Source: Marsupella aquatica
Taxonomy: Eukaryota; Plantae; Marchantiophyta
Reading direction: 5' to 3'
DNA: 64,000 nucleotides
Assembly: GCA_973895155.1 (NCBI GenBank)
Contig: OZ316894.1
Location: 9,014,234-9,078,233, forward strand
This document shows, in pieces, positions 61,824-64,000 of the stretch (its first letter is position 1; every line of letters starts with the position of its first letter). The notes under the pieces were generated by a model. The model saw nothing but the letters and a program-made list of their open reading frames with translations, did not search any database and was not told the DNA's origin. The position numbers and the translations under genes are program-made.

Positions 61824-62768
61824 CTACTGGGGGGATGCTCGATCAATTTCATCTGCCGGTGAAGACTCTTCATCACTAGGCAGTGGACTTGGAAGTGAAG
61901 TCCTAGATGCCCTGGGTGGGAAAGGGGAGTGTACTGGAGGGCTCCCAGTTGAGATCCTGTCCATCAACTTGGCCATTTCATTACTTTTCCAAACTCTCAA
62001 AAAGTCCAATGTGTCATTGTCGAGGTGCGCTGTAGGCAAGGTAAGCATATTCATGAATGTTTGGCTTTCCAAAACTCTCAAACGTTGCACTCCTATTTCA
62101 GCCATCACCTTTTGAGCTTGGGCAGCCATCTTGAAAGCATCTTCATGAGCTTTTAGTTTCTTTGCATTCTCCTTTGCTAGCTTGGTTCCAAGCGGTCTCT
62201 TGCTTGAATTTCCTTGAGAACTGTCCTGCTCATTTGGGTCCTTCTCTGCTTCGGACTGAAGATTGTTTGGCCCCTCGTCTGACAAGCGGGTGTACTCCTG
62301 ATCTCCTTGCTCCCTACATGGTGTCCCCACTGGCTGCTTCCGTTTGCCATTTCCCTTGGACATCTGGTCTTCTGGCAGCATCCACCTTGGGCAGTCCTTG
62401 AGAATGTCGTAGCACACTGGAAACGAAAAATCTTTCCCCTTTGAATGTCGAGTCTTGTATAACTCTTTTGCCTTATTCAATGTGTCATCGCTATTGGTAC
62501 CAGAAATGTCAAGATCCTTGACTGATTTATAGCATCCAATAAAACAAGTTGTGGCCTTCCGAACATCGCCCCACTTGCTCTCAAGCGATTTTGCTGTTCT
62601 ACTCTCAAGTCCTTTTGGCTTATTTCTATCGTAGTGCTCCCCGACATGTTCCCAAAAATTCTCCCTCTTTTGCCCAGACCCAACACACGGGTCTTGTGAA
62701 ATCTCTAGGTACGAGTAGCAAAGTTGCTTCAGTTCTGCTGGACTAAAATTCTTCCCTCGTTGGGCCAT
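61824..62768 (-). CDS. Harbinger Myb/SANT-like DNA-binding protein (NAM-associated C-terminal region), 314 aa
   Basis: RGKNFSPAE..LCYSYLEISQDP..GSGQK..FW..RTAKSLESKW..CYDILKDCPRW..RPLGTKLAK. The ORF is uninterrupted. Confidence 0.93.
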   Translation of the reverse strand: MAQRGKNFSPAELKQLCYSYLEISQDPCVGSGQKRENFWEHVGEHYDRNKPKGLESRTAKSLESKWGDVRKATTCFIGCYKSVKDLDISGTNSDDTLNKAKELYKTRHSKGKDFSFPVCYDILKDCPRWMLPEDQMSKGNGKRKQPVGTPCREQGDQEYTRLSDEGPNNLQSEAEKDPNEQDSSQGNSSKRPLGTKLAKENAKKLKAHEDAFKMAAQAQKVMAEIGVQRLRVLESQTFMNMLTLPTAHLDNDTLDFLRVWKSNEMAKLMDRISTGSPPVHSPFPPRASRTSLPSPLPSDEESSPADEIDRASPQ

Positions 62769-63316
62769 ATTGTCAGATCACACACAAGACATTGTCAATC
62801 ACTATGCATGCACTGTGCTGTACGTTAAAATTTGGGAGTCGGGACCACAATAGGTGCACAGAAAAACGTGTGCTGCACTGTGCACTCGACAAGGCTGGTA
62901 GAGCACACTCGACAAGCTTTGGCAGAGCTCTGCCTTCGAATGCAGACACTGGCGCCAATTTCAGAAAAAAGTGAAGGAACGCTGCAGGGTGCCTGGGATG
63001 TCAACATGTGGTGCGGGCTGGAGCGTAGATGATGTTTGGCAGCATTGGCAAAAGGGGAATGCGGACCTGGAAAAGGGCCAAGTATTCCGGTCGGGAAATT
63101 GCTGGACGCAAACACCTGCATAAATTTTCGCGATACGGAGCACCGGTGCAACCCAATAAAATGCCTTAACCCTGTATAATCTGCGATATGCCAGCCCGCA
63201 GCCCGATGGCGAGCACCGGTGGGGATGCTCTTACTTTAGACAAATGCATGGAAATTAACTTGACCCTCCTAACTACAAGTCATTACATAGTGGACACTTG
63301 TGACCACTCTATCACT

Positions 63317-64000
63317 CTACTCATCAATACCTTCCATGTAAGTTTTGAGATTTTTCAAAACATTCTTGGGAATTGTCAAACCTCTATCCATAATATTTTG
63401 TTCTTTGGCACCTGACTTAAACCCATACATTGCAGAATTTGCAAACTGCCAACTTTGAGTGATAGTGTTAAACCCAGGATCTAGCTCCCAAGTCTTAGTG
63501 GTCTGAAAGCAACGTTCGTATCGAACATCATCCTTTGCATCATGCTTACCATGTTTAGGCCTCCACCATTGCACTTGGAACATAGGAGCATACCGCTTAG
63601 GAATGCTACTTAGGTGAATGCTCTTAGAAAACCTTGAAGAAGACCCTTTACTAAATTGCAAATCTAGTGAAGAAACCTCATGGTTTGGATCCACACCACC
63701 CAAAGCTCGAACTAACCAGAAACGCCCTTTGCCATTTTTTTGCTCCCATTCATCCTCTGGACGTAAAAACACAAAGTGACCCTCTTGAATATCTTGTAGG
63801 GGAATCCAACGTGCAAGTTCTCGCTCTTCTCGTGCACCAACAAATGGTGCAGCTTGACCTTCCATCTCTTCCATGTACTCATTTTGAAGGTCCATCATCT
63901 CTGAATTTTGAGTAGGTTCACTTGAAGGTTGAGAGGTCCCCAAAATCACCTTGTAACCTGTGCCATGGTTAGTCTTTGGCCAGAAATCAGTTGTCAATGA
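63317..64000 (-). CDS. C-terminal part of an uncharacterised, probably transposon-derived protein (runs off the window)
   Basis: At least 226 open codons with a protein-like aromatic pattern (GHFVFLRP..RFWLVRAL..FQVQWWRP..WELDP). Family not securely recognised. Confidence 0.55.
   Translation of the reverse strand, partial: SLTTDFWPKTNHGTGYKVILGTSQPSSEPTQNSEMMDLQNEYMEEMEGQAAPFVGAREERELARWIPLQDIQEGHFVFLRPEDEWEQKNGKGRFWLVRALGGVDPNHEVSSLDLQFSKGSSSRFSKSIHLSSIPKRYAPMFQVQWWRPKHGKHDAKDDVRYERCFQTTKTWELDPGFNTITQSWQFANSAMYGFKSGAKEQNIMDRGLTIPKNVLKNLKTYMEGIDE

Larger units (their letters stand above)
59076..63230. mobile_element. Complete PIF/Harbinger DNA transposon (4155 bp)
   Basis: TIRs GAGCATCCGCACCGGT and ACCGGTGGGGATGCTC match at 15/16. 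TTA TSD at 59073-59075 and 63231-63233. Convergent transposase and Myb genes. Confidence 0.96.

Overview
Eukaryotic, intron-rich land-plant DNA. An intact IFT144/WDR19-like gene points to a lineage with flagellated sperm, such as a bryophyte, lycophyte or fern (inference). 1-8.6 kb is a three-level transposon nest: a PIF/Harbinger remnant, interrupted by a degenerate Ty3/Gypsy element, whose integrase is in turn interrupted by a 3.74-kb TG...CA insertion. That insertion looks like a solo LTR carrying a large accessory gene. 9-14 kb holds Helitron-like and MITE-like repeats, including a G-tract-rich TIR element. 14.5-27.4 kb is a cluster of three DOXC 2-oxoglutarate/Fe(II) dioxygenase paralogues (two intact, one pseudogene), each with a tandem-repeat 5' leader of different length. 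A LINE remnant follows. The host genes are a 21-exon IFT144/WDR19 homologue apparently missing its N-terminal third, a Toc64/OM64-like pseudo-amidase with no visible TPR domain, and an SPL2-like RING E3 ligase. The window ends with a complete PIF/Harbinger element (TIRs, TTA TSD, intact transposase and Myb genes) and a partial uncharacterised ORF. All homology calls are from recalled motifs; no searches were run.
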